Origin: Guillardia theta CCMP2712
Taxonomy: Eukaryota > Protista > Cryptophyta
Direction: 5' to 3'
NCBI RefSeq assembly: GCF_000315625.1
Contig: NW_005434667.1
Span: 248,707 to 312,706 of the forward strand
Length of the DNA: 64,000 nt
The translations under genes and the position numbers were made by a program. The notes under the pieces were generated by a model that was not told the origin of the DNA, made no database searches, and was given only the letters and a program-made list of their open reading frames with translations. Positions 12,701 to 26,515 of the stretch are shown piece after piece. The first letter of the stretch is position 1. Every line of letters begins with the position of its first letter.

Positions 12701-15700
12701 CAGACGACGCTGCTGGGGGTCAAGACATCTCCGCTGCTAACGTCTTCGCGTCTACCGTCGTGACTGCCCCGACGGGGCTCTACCTTTCCTGGATGGGAGG
12801 GCACGGCCTGAGCTACCCGCTGCCCCTGGAGGTCTACGAGGGGTCACTAGAGCCGATCCGAGAGATGACTAGGCCCCTGCTAGTGGAGATGTCCCCCGAC
12901 GGTGACTTCCTCTACGTCGCTACTGAGACATCGCGAGCCATCCTGGCGTTCAGGAGGGACCAGCAGTCTGGCTACCTCCATCGCCATGAGGCAGGAGACT
13001 TCTTCAGCGAGTGGACGAAGAATCAGAGCATCCCGCGCCTCTTAGTCTCCTCTGTTGCCCTCGGCTTCCCTCTACGGGGCCTCAGCTCTATGATAGTTGA
13101 TACAGACATGCTGTACGCGGCAAGTTTCCTTGACTCCTCCATCGCCATTTTCTCCAGGAACCCTGTCAACGGCTCCCTTGCACTGCTCGATGTGATCTTA
13201 GCGTCCTCGGCTCGAACTGGTCTCACAGGCCTCAAGGCGATCTTTCTCAGCGGGTCGTTGCTGTACGCGGCCGGGATCAAGGATCAGGCCCTGTCGGTGT
13301 GGAGGAAGACAACCGAAGGCTCCCTGGCGTACGTCGATCACATCAGGAACGGCGAACGGATCCCGAGCACGTACCATGGAAACGTTCCGAGCCCCGATGA
13401 ACTGCAAATCTACAACTTCGTTTCCGACAGCCTATCGAACTTGACGTTCACAGGGCCACGGGATGCCGCCAACTTCGCCTTCGACGGTCGCACATTCCTC
13501 GCGCTTGCCTATGCTCCCTTTGAGACTGAATCTTCAGCCACTGACAAGTTCGCCGGGGTTGTGATCCTTGCCTACGCCGACTCCTCCATCCCCAAGTTCG
13601 ACCTTGTCCAGCTGCTTCAGAGCTCGCAAGTGAATCCCGGCTGCCTCGCTTTCTTTGAGACTCAGCAGGGTTCCTCCTTCTCACGCTTCCTCGTCGTGGG
13701 CAACATGTTCTCCAACATCCCTGGAAGGAGCGCAAGTGGCGTCGAAGTCTTCAAGTGGGACCAGGGACAGTTCAGCAGTGTTGGTGCCGTTGAGGACGAG
13801 ACCAAGTACTACCCGAGCAGCTTGAAGGTCTTCCAGCAAGGGGACACGACCTTCCTGGCCGTGTCAGTGCTATGGGATGGAGACTCGTACCAGATTCCTT
13901 CTCGTCTCTACCGGTGGAATCCTTCAGCTGAAAAGTTCGAGCTGGTACAGCTGTTCCCCTTGTCCAACGCTCTCGACGTAGAAGTTGCGGCTAGCAACAA
14001 CGAACTTCACATCATCTTCACTGCAGCGGAATGCAGCAACAGGCTGTCCTGCCTCCAGTTCTACTCCCAGCCTTCTTCTGCTGCTCCCTTCCAGCGGACA
14101 CAGCAGGTTCTCCTCGACGGGGCTGTCGACAGCACCACCTTGGAGATCGACGGCGAGCTCTTCGTCGCCATCGCCTGTCGTGAGTTTTTATCTCGGCCGA
14201 GCGAGTCTCCGCTCGGCAAGTACGACGGGTCCTCGTATGTCTACAAGTATCACAGAGACGTCAAGACCTTTGAGCGCTATCAGACGATCAGCGGTCAGGA
14301 CTTCCCGTGCATCTTCGAGAGCGGGATGGAGGCAGTATGGCAGAATTACTTCTGCAGCGACCAGTGCTCATTCAGGGAGGGCTGGAGCTCCGACGTCCTC
14401 GAGCAGTTCCGAGGAGCTACGTCAGTCACTTCCTTCCGATCGCAAGGAGAGTTGTACCTCGTTATGGCACAGTCCGTGTGTGAGCTCAACGCCGACTGCT
14501 CCTCCATCCAGCCGCAGTCTACCGTCCTGCAGTGGAACAAGCACGACAAGAAGTTTGGAGAGCTGCTTTCCCTCACCGACTTCGAGAGCATCCGCCTCAA
14601 GGGCTATCCTGTCGCTCCCCAGGACCTCACGCACCACCAGTTCCCCCTCCGGCTTGACATCGGCCGAGCCCTGCGCGTCAAGTACGTGGAGTTTGCAGAC
14701 GAACCTTACCTCTTGGCTCTCAGTCTCAGTAAGGGAACTCTCCTTACGCACTTCAAGTTCGATCAGATCTCGGGCCTCCAGAGCCCCTCCCTCATCTCCT
14801 CCCTCCCTGACGATCCCTTCCTCTACGTCGTCAACGAGCCGTACGGCCAAGTCTCGTCCTTCAGCAAGTGGGGCTATCCCGAGAGCTCCTCCTACGACTT
14901 CAGCCACTGCCCGAGCTCGACCCGTCCTGCTTGCCTTGCGTTCGTCAATTCGACTACCGTCAACATGAACGCTCAGATATCAAAGTTTCCTCAGCAGATC
15001 TCCGGCACGAAGCGAGTGTTCCTCGAGCGAGGCAGCTGCCTCTCCTCTACCAGCCAGTGCACCTTCATCAACTTTCACGCTGCTAACAAGAGGAACGAGC
15101 TTCGTTGCGGGGCCCAGCCTATCTACCCCTCAGATGCCGTCGTCAACCCGAGAGACAGGGCTGCCTGTCAGTCTGTCGACTTCCACATCGTCAAGGAACA
15201 GACTGCAGGCACGTCAGACTCGCTCAAGTTCGTTCCCGTAGTCTACGGCAACGGCAGCCTGCTTTTCGAAACTTCCTTCGGTCGTTTTGGATCCAACAGC
15301 TACAAGATCTTACTGAGAGACAGTGACAACTCCTCCTCCTCTGTCCTTGACCTCAAGATCATCATCAACGACACCAACACAGCCCCGACCTTCGTCGCCT
15401 ACGACATCGTCATGAATGAGATGTCCACAGGAAGCAGCGGCCTCGAGCTCGTCTTTGCCACCGGCGTCAGCGCAGGTTCCAACGAGACCAACCAGAACAT
15501 TACGTGGCTCTTCTCCTACAGCTCCCCACAGCTCTTCTCGCAGCAGCCCATCCTCAGCTTCAGCAGAGATCTCCTTGGAAACCTCCAGGGCATCGTGAAG
15601 TTCCCAGCCAACACTGCCATCATGAAAGGCACGGCCGATTTCTCCGTCAGGCTGGCTGACGATGGTCCTTCATCACTACTCACCGGGGACAGGAACGTGT

Positions 15701-18058
15701 CAGATCCTGCTCGCTTCCTCCTCACCGTGCGCTCGCTCTACGTCCCCTCGTTCCAGCTCGTCAGGTCCACCCTCACTCTCGAGGCAGGGAGTACCTGGTC
15801 TGAGAGCCTCGTCAACAACATCCGGACGAAGCCGTACGACACGACAGCGACTAATTATCACTTCCAGCTGCAGCCCATCAGCAGCTCAGCAGGGCTGGCG
15901 ACAGACATCATGAGCGCGGTCAGCTACTTCAACATCAGCAAGTCAGGTGTCGGCAGTTTCTCCGTCCTCGCTGACGCCTGCGGCGTCTACCAGTCGAACA
16001 TCCTCCTGGTCGTTGACGATGCAGAGCAGCCTCGCCCCCCGTCCTTCCTCAGACCCTTCGAGCTTGCGGTCACCTCGCAGTCTGTCGTGGAGCTGAGGCA
16101 GCCGGGGAGCCTGAAGGTGCTGCAGGGAAGCACTTTCAGCGCTAAATGGTTCGAGTTCCTCACCGTCCGTGACTGCCATCGCCTGAGCACCCGACCAGTC
16201 ACTTACGCGCTGCAGTTTGACAACTCCGACAAGTTCCTTGAGACCCCGCAAACTCTCAGCGACGGGACCCTCAGCTTCCGCCTTGTCTCCACCTTCGTTG
16301 GCGTCATCCGCCTCAACGTCACCATGAGCTTTGACGCCTCCGTCACCGTCACCGTCCGCAACAACCACCTGCCCTTCGAGCTCTTCGTCGAGAGGAAGGC
16401 CGGACTACCCACCTTTGAGATCTCTCAGACCCTAATCAAGGTTGTCCAGAGCCAGTCTCCCCAGCTCGTCCCCGGCTACGTCAGAGTCCTGCCGTACCTC
16501 GTGCAGAACTGCAGCTTCTTCGTGAATCTCGCCACCTCCATCAGCATGTTTGACGCGACGCCGCTGATCGATGCGGAGGGCAACCTTCGCTTCACCACCG
16601 GGCGGGACCATGGCGACGTCGTTGTGTTTGTCATCTTCAGGTTCGACGACGGAGTGGACCAGGTGTACGAGACAGCCAACGCCACCATCTCCATCATCCC
16701 TCAGCCCCGCATCCTCTCCATCTTCCCCAGTCTCGTCCCCACTCGCGGGGCCAGCATCACCATCCGAGGAGAGAACTTTGCGGGAGCTCAGGAGTCCGTG
16801 GATGTGTTTGTGGGAGGGAGAACCTGTCAGACCATCCGTCAGCTCTCTCCAGCTGAGCTGACCTGCGTCGTCCCAGCTGGTTTCGGCATGATGAGCGTGT
16901 CCGTCAACATCAGCAGCGAAAGTCTCTCGCGCTCCTCCCCGACCGTCTCGTCCATCTACATGGGCCACATCGCCATCGCAGGCTCGACCGCCGGCAACAT
17001 GCAGGCCCGAGGCCTCGTCGCTCTCGCTCCCTCCGCGACCAGGAGCGTGTGGCCTCTCAGTTTCCTTCCTTCAGCCCTCCGCCTCCCCGTCGACGCGTCT
17101 CACGGCGTGCGAGCGATGGCTTCATCTTCAGGAGCAGGAGGCGACCTGACCCTCTACCTCGGGGGCTCCTTCTCCAGCCTCGGGGGACTGCAAGTACAAA
17201 ATGTAGCAGGTGAGCAGGGAGAGAGCGGAGTAGGAGGAGGAAGAAGGAGGGGAAAGAAGGGAGTGTTGAGGACGGAGGAAGCAAGCTGACGTCTCGTGCA
17301 GGCTGGAAGGAGAATCGATCGTTCGCGCTGGGGCTTGGGGTCAACGGGGCTGTGTCAGACATGTGCGTCGTCAAGGGGAGCCTCGTCGTCGTGGGCTCCT
17401 TCACCAAGGCGATGAACCAGCAGGACGTGGTTGACTCTCCTTTCATCGCCTCCTGGGACGGCAGCCGGTGGATGCCCTTCGGCGATGGCTCGCTGGTCTA
17501 CGGGAGCATCCTCTCAGTCCTGTGCAGCGAAACAGAGGCGAGTGAGGGGGAGGGGGAGGGAGCTGCTGACCCAGACTGCAGGTCTTCGTGGGCGGGAGGA
17601 TCGAGAAGATCGGCGACATGGCGGTCGGTCGAGTCGCCAAGTTCTCGTTCCTGGAGGGCAGCTGGAGTGTCCTCGGCAACGGGACCGGACTGAGAGGAGG
17701 CAACGTGCACGCTATGGTGGAGATGGACGGGGCTGTGCTGATAGGAGGAAGCTTCACCGCTGCTGGACAGGTAGCTTTCTCTCTCCCTTCCCACTCCCTG
17801 ACTGATGCTGCCCAGCTTACCTCCGGCAAGCTCGTGGCCTGGAGGAGGACGAGGTTTGAGGCGCTGGGGGAGATAGGAGGAGACGTGTACTCGCTGGCGG
17901 TGGTGGGGACAAGTCTGTTCCTCGGAGGAAACTTCTTGTCCATCAACGGGGTCAGCATAGAGCGCGTCGCTCGCTACCAGAACGGTCGCTTCTTCGCCCT
18001 TGACCCCGTGAGAGACGGTACCGTCATGAGCATCGCTTTCGCTGATGGCTGCATGTGA
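765..18058 (+). CDS. Giant secreted/cell-surface multidomain protein (~5,700 aa): signal peptide, ~11 IPT/TIG repeats, ~15 cadherin-like/Ig-like repeats, LamG, two EPTP/EAR propellers, lactonase-type propeller, IPT, C-terminal Rax2-like propeller
   Basis: ORFs 765-1772, 1733-5599, 5422-17289, 17352- and 17588-18058 join into one product. Motifs: GPAxGG..I.V.G.GF (IPT); VNQPPSF and DDGG..NGG (cadherin-like); ISMEVWF..WTQVVASYN..LHVNGQL..GAIKRVRV (LamG); FLAVANFWDG (EPTP); SPDGDFLYVA (lactonase blade); LYLGGSFS, IGGSFTAAG, LFLGGNF (Rax2-like). Introns 17210-17301, 17538-17581 (GC-AG), 17771-17815 restore frame. Frame changes near 1770 and 5555 are unresolved. Confidence 0.8.
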
Positions 18059-18400
18059 GTGAACTTAACCTCCTCCTCCTCCTTTCCCTTCCTCTCGTTC
18101 TGCTCGCCCTCCTCTCGTTCTGCTCGCCCTCCTCTCCCTCCTGCAGTTGCTTCCCTCCTCCCCCACTCACATCTGTTCAATCAGCTACGCGGGTGGGACC
18201 TTCACTGGGAGTTTGGCCGCGTGGTGCAAGCGAGAGGGAACAACCTGGACGGGCGAGAACGTGACAAGCTTCCCGGAGCTCGGACCAGTCTACAAGGTCA
18301 TCCCTATCCTTCAGAGCTGAGCCAAGAAGCGCGAAGGGAGGGAAAGGAGGATTGTGAGGAGAAACGAGAGCTTGTTTAGAGAGCTATACTTGTTCCCTGC

Positions 18401-20770
18401 TCATCCGTCCATTACATCCTTCATCGCTCTGTCTTCCTCCCCCTCAGCAAAGCTAATCAGATCCTGATTGAATTCTTCTGGCTTCTCTTCCCCTCGATCT
18501 GCTTCTTCTTCCTCCCCCCCCCTCGTCTCCTTGTTCTCCTCCTCTACCTCCTTCTCCTCCTCCGCAAGCGGCTCTCCATCCTCGTCCGGCACAGCCGTTC
18601 GCTCCCCCCCAACTGTCTCCACGAGCTTCTCGAGCATTTCGCTCATCCTCTCCAGCCTCTGCTGCCCGACCTCTGCGTCCCGCTGCATGAAGGACACCAT
18701 GAGCTGCTTCATCTCCTTCATCTCCTCCGCCATGGCAGCGCTCGTTCGGCTCAGCGCTTCCAGCTTCTCCTCCTCCTTCCTCCCCTCGTCCTTGAGCAGC
18801 AGCCACTTGAGGGTCAGCAGTATGGCGTCCTTAGGCTTGCCTGCTCCTTCCAGCGCTCTGTTGACCCCGCGGTGAAGGAACAGCGCGAGCTGCTCCTTCA
18901 TGACCTGCACGAAGCTGCTGAACGTCAGCGACGAGTCCTCGCCCTGCAGGTCCGACGTCATCTCCTGCCAGTCCTCAACCGACAGGTAGAAACCCTGCCC
19001 CATCAGCTTCCTCAGCCCCTCGTCCGTCTCCTGGAACGAGACCGTCCCCGAGCCGTCCACGTCGAGCCGCTTGAAGATCGCTTGCAGAGACGCGTCGAGG
19101 TCCTCGGGAGACTTGAACTGGTGAGGTCACGTGAGAGAGAGCGAGAGAGAGGAGGAGGAGAGGAGAGGAGAGCGGGAGGTAAGCAGAAAGAGAAGATGAA
19201 CAAGAGGAGGAGGGGAAGAGGAAAGAAGAGACTGACGTGCGAGAGAACTTGGAGAAGGGGGTCGAGCGAGTTGAAGTCTCGTAGGGGAGCGCTCTTTGCC
19301 TTCTCCTCCTGCCTCGCCTTGGACATGGTGGCGAGGAACTCGTCGAGTAGCACGGCAACGATGATGTTTCTGCGTCAAGAGAGGGTCAGTGCTGAGAGGA
19401 TGGGGAGAAGCGGAGAGGACGAGAAGGTGAGACGAGGAGGGGCAGGGCGGGCAAGGAGCAAGGATCGTGGCTTACATGAGGAGGATAGAGGCGATCAGCA
19501 TGTAGGAGGTGAAGAAGAGGGCGGTAGGGACGCTGATCCTCGAGTCTTCATCCAGCAGCGAGCGGGTCACGCTGCTCGCCCACGAGTCGCCAGTGACGCA
19601 CTGGAACATGGTGAAGAGGGAGGAGGAGAACGTCCCGAAGAATCGTTTGTTCCGCTCCCCGAAGAACTCCACCGCCATGATCGCGTACACGCAAGTCACG
19701 AGCCCCAACATGAGGAACGTGTTCATGACAGGAACCAGCGCCTGTGACAGCCCCTGCATGATCAGCCGTAGCGACTTGATCTGGTCGAGGAGGCGGAGGA
19801 GGCGGAGGATACGGAGGGAGCGGAGCTGGTTGAGGACGGGAAACCAGCCGCCGATCGCGATGAGGCTGCTCATGACGACCACGAAGTCAAAGATGCGCCA
19901 CATGCTCTTGAAGAATCGCCGGACGCGGAACGCTGCCAGCTCCACCCCCAGCTCAGCAGCGAAGAGGAGCGTGATGAGAGCGTTGAGAAAGAGGAACACG
20001 GCGCGGAGGTTCGAGCCCTCGGGAGGCTTCACCTCTACCTCGACAGCAGACAGCAGGAAGCTGAAAGTGATGCTCAACTGGGAGAAGTAGAGGAAACTCC
20101 TTGAGTTGTACATGCTGTCAGCAAGGGCAAGAAGCCTCTCCTGCATGTTCATGTTGCTCACGAGCTGATGGCTCCTCTTCCTCGCCGCGATCGCCATCGC
20201 GCTCTTGATGTTCTCGAACCAGGTGCGGCAGACGTGAGTCTTGCTGCAGCGGAACAAGTAGACTCGCCCCGAGTTGTGGCCCATCTCCATCGTCTCGATC
20301 TTGAAGCAGTTCGCCTCCTCCGAGTCCCCGAGGATGTCGAGGACGTGGGAGGAGCTGTCCTCCTTCAGGAACGAGTACTGCCTCACCTTGCTGAACGACG
20401 ACGACACCAGGGCAAGCGTGCCAGACGGCTGGGCCGTCTTCTCGGTCTCGATCACCTCCTTCACCTCCGACATATAGTTGCACTGGTGGATGCTCACGAT
20501 TTCATGCAAGGGGATCCAGTCGATGCACGAGTTCTCTCCCTGCACGCTCATCGCGAGAATGTCCTCCGTTAGCACCCCGGTCACATTCCTCCACCCTGCC
20601 GTCCCGCTGTAGCTCGCGTGTTTCTCCAGGTCCCCCGCGAAGATCTGGTCGCCGGGATGCGGCATCTCTATGAACAAGTCCTGCACAGTCGTGTACCTGG
20701 ACTGGTGGGCGTCCCGCAGCTTGATCAGCTTGGAGATGGCCCCGGTTGCTGTAGCTTCCTCCCCCATCAT
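18401..20770 (-). CDS. Single-domain (6TM) voltage-gated cation channel, BacNav/CatSper/EukCat-like, with N-terminal PH-like domain and C-terminal EF-hand and coiled coil
   Basis: S3 WRIFDFVVV, S4 LRSLRILRLLRLL, pore TMFQCVTGDSW, S6 LLINIIVAVLLDEF after splicing, EF loop DVDGSGTVSFQE. PH-like GRVYLFRC...CRTWFENIK. Exons 20770-19476, 19369-19237, 19117-18401 with GT-AG borders. Confidence 0.85.
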
Positions 20771-22008
20771 CTTTGTTGGAACCTGCGAGTATGAATCAGC
20801 ACAACAGCTCGTGCTACACTTCCCTGGGATGTTCTCTGAGCAGTGGCGACCTAGTTATCTTCTCCTTCTCTCCTCGTCACGCTCTTCCATTTTCACTGCT
20901 GCTACGTTGTTTCTTTTGAGTAAGTACCCTCTCCACCTTCATGCTCCTGCTTCACCTCACCTCTCTGCTGTTCTGCTGTCTCGAAACCCCCCCCTTTCCC
21001 CTTCCCCTTCCCCTTCCCTCTCCTCCTCCTCCTCCTCCTCCGCCATTCTGCTTCCCTCCTCCTGTTCCCCCATTCTCCCCGACATGTTCGCTCATATTAA
21101 CTAAACTTTATCCGTACAAAACACAAAGCATCGAAACTACTTGGCAACCCACGGACTCATCCCCCTCATACCCATCATCCCCCTCATACCCCAAACTCCC
21201 ACGCAATCCATCAGTACCCCCACCCTCGTCGCCTACTGACTCATCACTACCCCGTAGAAGTACCGAAAATACACGGGTACTTTTGGGTTTGGAGTATGAC
21301 CACCCTCCGGCATTTGTGCACGAAACACGGTGAATAGAGGGGGTAGGGTAGTGGATTGGAGGGGAGGGAGGGGACGGGGTACTGTCTCCTCTGTGAGACA
21401 GCGGAAGCAGGAGGAGGAGGGAGGACGAGCGGGAAGGAGGGGAGGATGAGGAGAGAGAACGAGGATACGGGGCATAACAATGCTGCATTAGCCGATGTGA
21501 TGCTCAGAGAAAGTGAGTAGAATCGCCACAGATCTCGCAGGTCAGGGGGAGGAGAAAAATCCAAGAGAAACATTCGTGTAGGTACGAGCACCGGCGGAGA
21601 GGATCAGAAGGAAAGAAGAAACTGAGATCATCAGACAGCATGAAATGATGGAAAATTACCAATTCTAGCAATGAATGAGAAGAGCCGATTGCTCTGGTTG
21701 ACCCTGACCTTTGGAGTGCAAAGAGAAGGATCGGAAACCCTTGGCAGCAGAAGGCAGGGTAGAGCAAGAGCAAGAGAAAGGGGCTGCAGAACTCGATGCA
21801 GAGAAGCAAGATGTTGCATGACAAAGATAAAGTTGTGGAGCAGAGCCAGGCTGTGAGAGGCCAACAGCAGGGAAGGACAGGAGTTTGTCCCGCGGCCATG
21901 ACAGCATCAGGCGTGTGAACCGAGTTGACTTTGAGCCTCAGGTCTGATCGCATTCTCGCACTCTACAAGAGAAAGCAAAGAGCGGTTGATCGTTGGGCTT
22001 CAGAGGAG

Positions 22009-23930
22009 ATGAGGAGGATCGGGCACATCTCACTGTTGGTTCTTCTCCTCGTCGCCGCTGGTCGCTGTCAGGATGACCTGGCGGACTACCCGATTAAGGA
22101 GGAGCAATGCGAAAACTTCGGAGAGTGTCTCACGGAATGTGTCAAGAAGCTTCCTCCCAACAGACAGTTCACGGAGATTGTAAGCAAGCTTCATGCTGTC
22201 ATGAGCTTGTCTCGATGCTAATCTATCAATGTGCAGTTGGACTGCTCTGATGCCTGTGCCGTAACGCACTGCAAGGAAGTGGTAGTTGATGATCCTACTC
22301 TGGGCCTCGGATCTACCTCGGTAAGCACTCGAGCTGCGTGGGTTGAGATCATAACGTTTCTTATCCAGGCGCCCCCTCCTCCACCACCACCTCCCCCTCC
22401 TCCCGCTTCTTCGAGCAAGAAGAAGAAATCCTCCCCGCCACCTCCTCCCCCCCCTCCTCCACCCCGTTCAGCTCCCCCTCCCCCTCCCCCTCCCCCTCCC
22501 CCTCCCCCTCCCTCCCCTCCTCCTCCTCCCCCTGCCTCTACCCGAACATCATCCAAGAAGCCCCCATCGTTCGGAGGAAAGAAAGCCCCTCCGTCCTTCG
22601 GGTCAAACGCTCCCCCCAATCAGCAGTGGGGGGGTCAGGCTGGTGCCGCGTCAGTCCAGCCAGCTTTGGATGAAAACTTGCTTCCCGGGGGTGGACCCAA
22701 CGAGATGCAGAAGACTTCTGTTGGAACAATGATGTTCAATCCCAAGGATATGCCTGTTGGTAGGAGTATCGACAAGTATGGGGAGTACGGAAGGGACGAG
22801 CTGGAACTTCTCAAGCAAGTCATTCGTAAGGGAGATGTGATCGTTGATGCTGGAAGTATGTATGGACATACTGCTCTGGGCCTCAGATCGGTGATGACTG
22901 CTCGCGTCTTTCGACTCTTTAACACAGAGCGTTGGTGTAGGTCGTGGGTGACGAAGGAGCGATTTACGCTTTTGAGCCTCAGCGCATTCTGCACCAGATT
23001 TTGTGCTCTAACTTTGCCATCAACGGAGCTTTCAACTGTCACTGCAGGCAAACAAAGTTGCGATGTATGCTTCCCCTTGACGGTCTGACGCAGACAAGAA
23101 GCGCTCGGACAGAAGGGAGGAGAGATTGTTGTGCCTGCCCTCGACATCGAGCAAGAGGGCTGCCATGGTGCGAATCTCCATCATGTTGTGTAGACCAGAC
23201 CATGTCGACTCACTTGCTTCAGGGTGCACTGCACTTGATGCCGCGAATTATCTGGGCGAAACTGTGAAAATGACGACTGTTGATGACTTGTAAGTTACAA
23301 AGTTGAATGTCCTGACATTGAGAATGACGGCATGTGGCCACTACAGAAATTTGCCCAAGTTGAGGCTCCTCAAGGCTGATGTGGAGGGCATGGAAATCGA
23401 CATCGTGAAGGGAGCTGTGAAAACAATCCAGTACGCGTGAGCTTTCATTGCAGGATGAAGTTGTGATTTGTCATGCAGGATGTTCAAACCCGCCTTGTAT
23501 GTTCGTGCTCATTACAACCCTGAGGACAACACGTGAGCTGATCCGCCTTGACACTCTTTTACTGACATCTCCATGTAGTCTGTCGCTCAAGACCCAGGAG
23601 CTCGCCAGATTCATCAAGGTTTGCCTTCACCGTGGCGCTCTCGTAGCTGAGTTCTGTTCAGGGACTCAACTATGACATGTATTGGCACTTCGTCCGGCTC
23701 TACTACGTGAATGAAACGCATCGTGCTTGTCTTGTCGTTGATTTTTTCAACAGGAGGACAACTTCTACTCCAACGCCGAAAACGAATTCGGGGAAGACAC
23801 GGTGACCTGAGTGACGGGAACTGCCGGTTTTTGTTGACTGAACCCGTAGGTCCTTTACATCCTCGCTGTTCCTCATGTGGAAGGATCGAGCATTGAAGGC
23901 CTTGATCCCGTCGAAGTTCCTCCTCTCTAA
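22009..23930 (+). CDS. FkbM-family SAM-dependent methyltransferase with signal peptide, small Cys-rich domain and polyproline linker
   Basis: DMPVGRSIDKYGEY..E, GDVIVDAGSMYGHTAL, VGDEGAIYAFEPQR, LKADVEGME. Many short introns; stop placed by manual splicing. Confidence 0.8.
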
Positions 23931-24014
23931 ATACATTTCGAGCAAGTTAGCATCGGGAATGAAACTCTCAAGCGCTTCGCCCAGGAAGAGATTAACTTCG
24001 TTTCTATGTACAAA

Positions 24015-25535
24015 TCAATCATCCATCTCATCACACATCTCCATGAACTCGATGGACCATTTCTTGTAGATCACCATCGCCTAAATGGTCGTCAGTTGAC
24101 ATGATATGCACACGCAACTATCAACCTTGGCAGCGAAAGCTTCTAAGTGGAAGATTGGCTTCGAACCAAGTTGCAGACGATGCTCGAAGAAGGCAGCATT
24201 CTGTAGGATATCTACCTTGACACTATCATCCAGCTTTCTCAGCAGCTCAAGCGCCAGCTTCTGCAAGATTAGCTCCGGTGGGATGCAGCTCGCCAGCAGC
24301 TCGTAAAATTGACCCCTGCACATTTATCAGCGCGAGCGCGACAAGTCGAAATGTTTCACACCTGATCTCCAGGAGCTTCTTAGGCGATTGATCCTCAAGG
24401 ATGTTGTGAGCGATCATTCCCACGTACACCTCCCAATCCGCTAATTGTGGTTGAGACTGAAAAGAGTCAGTCGCTTACTAGACGTTGAGCAGAGCGTGAG
24501 ACACCGATTCATCGACCACTCCGAACTTGACGTAGGTTGACTCCAGCATCAACAAGGCTTTTCGAAGGTTTCGATTGGACATGTTTGATATCTTCGTTGC
24601 CGCTTCGACCGGAAGCTCCTTCTTTACCTGCCGCGACCCCTGTGAGCAAGGAGCAGAAACACGCGATCCATCTAGTCACCTCCTTGCGGTACACGTTGCA
24701 TAAGATTTCTTCTACTTCTTTGTCGCGAGGCGCGGGGACTCTCAAACAAATGCATCTGCTTCTTAGCGGCTCGATGACCTGCGCATTCTCTTGAGATTGA
24801 CGCTTCACAAAGAAATTGCTCACCTTGCTCGCATTGTTGCAGACCAGAACGAAACGACACGCGCTGGTGTACTTCTCCATCGTTCTTCTCAAGGCCGCTT
24901 GACCATCTCGAGACATCTTGTCAACTTCGTTGAGCAGAACAATCTAACATTGAAACTCAGGATCCAAGGATAGGAGTGACAAACGAGACCTTGAATTGCA
25001 CGGCAGCTGAGTTTGAGGGTGCATGGCTCTGAGCTATCTCCTTGATCACTTCCTGGGCAACATCACGATCTCTGCACAAGAGGTCGTCACGTGAACTGGC
25101 TGCATCCCCCTCCTGATGTTCACCTGTAGGGCCCGACATCGCTGGGGTTGATCTCGACATGGTAGTTACTCGTGATGAAGGTGATGTCAACAGAGCTCGA
25201 CTTGAATTTGAAGTTCTTGATCTCCACCTGACGCATTGAAAGGTCATCAACCCCCAAGACTCCTTCCGCTTCTTGCAACCTTCAGTTTCTCTACACCAGG
25301 ACCGTAAATCTAGATTGACATAGGGTCAGGCAGGTCTTCTTCGATCACCGAGTACCTCACGCAGCAGTGCCATGATTCTCGTCTTTTTGCCTGCACCAGG
25401 GGGGCCATAGAACAGTAAATGGCACATGTTCTGAACGTTTTCTTTCGCAGAGATTCGTTTCAGCTGTTGTGTCAGGCCATCGTTGTAAGTTAACTTGTCC
25501 AGCTGAACTGGTCGATATTTGTCGACCCACAACAT
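24015..25535 (-). CDS. RFC3: Replication factor C subunit 3 (yeast Rfc5 orthologue)
   Basis: MLWVDKYRP, HLLFYGPPGAGKKTRI, AQAALRRTMEKY-like motif, IEPLRSRC, FEHRLQLGSKPIFHLEAF; multi-exon. Confidence 0.95.
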
Positions 25536-25587
25536 CCTTGCTGCTAAGAATAGTTCAATCAGCACTCAAGAAACATGATGGTGGTAG

Positions 25588-26208
<621 letters not shown>

Positions 26209-26515
26209 TGACGAATGCAAGGGAGATAGCAGAGGAGGTGGGAGAAGCGTTTCGAAGTAGGTGGTGAGAGGCTGTGAGGGGCATGAATACTTGTTTCAGT
26301 GATCAATTTTTGGCTGATGAGTTAATCTGCAGATGTCAGAGAGTTTCTGAGGTCACAAGACTTTGAGAGCGATGTCAAGTTTCAATGACACCTGACGGGG
26401 AGGAAGGGGCGATGCTTTCAAGCGCTTGACGAACGAGGAGTGACGAAAAAGAAGCAATGTCAACTGCCGAGCTCTTCTCTTGATATCACTTGATTGTCCT
26501 GTGCGAGCTGTGAGC

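Noticed and set aside
5670-16968. Many antisense and alternate-frame ORFs inside the giant gene
   Set aside because: Shadow ORFs from codon bias; no motifs.
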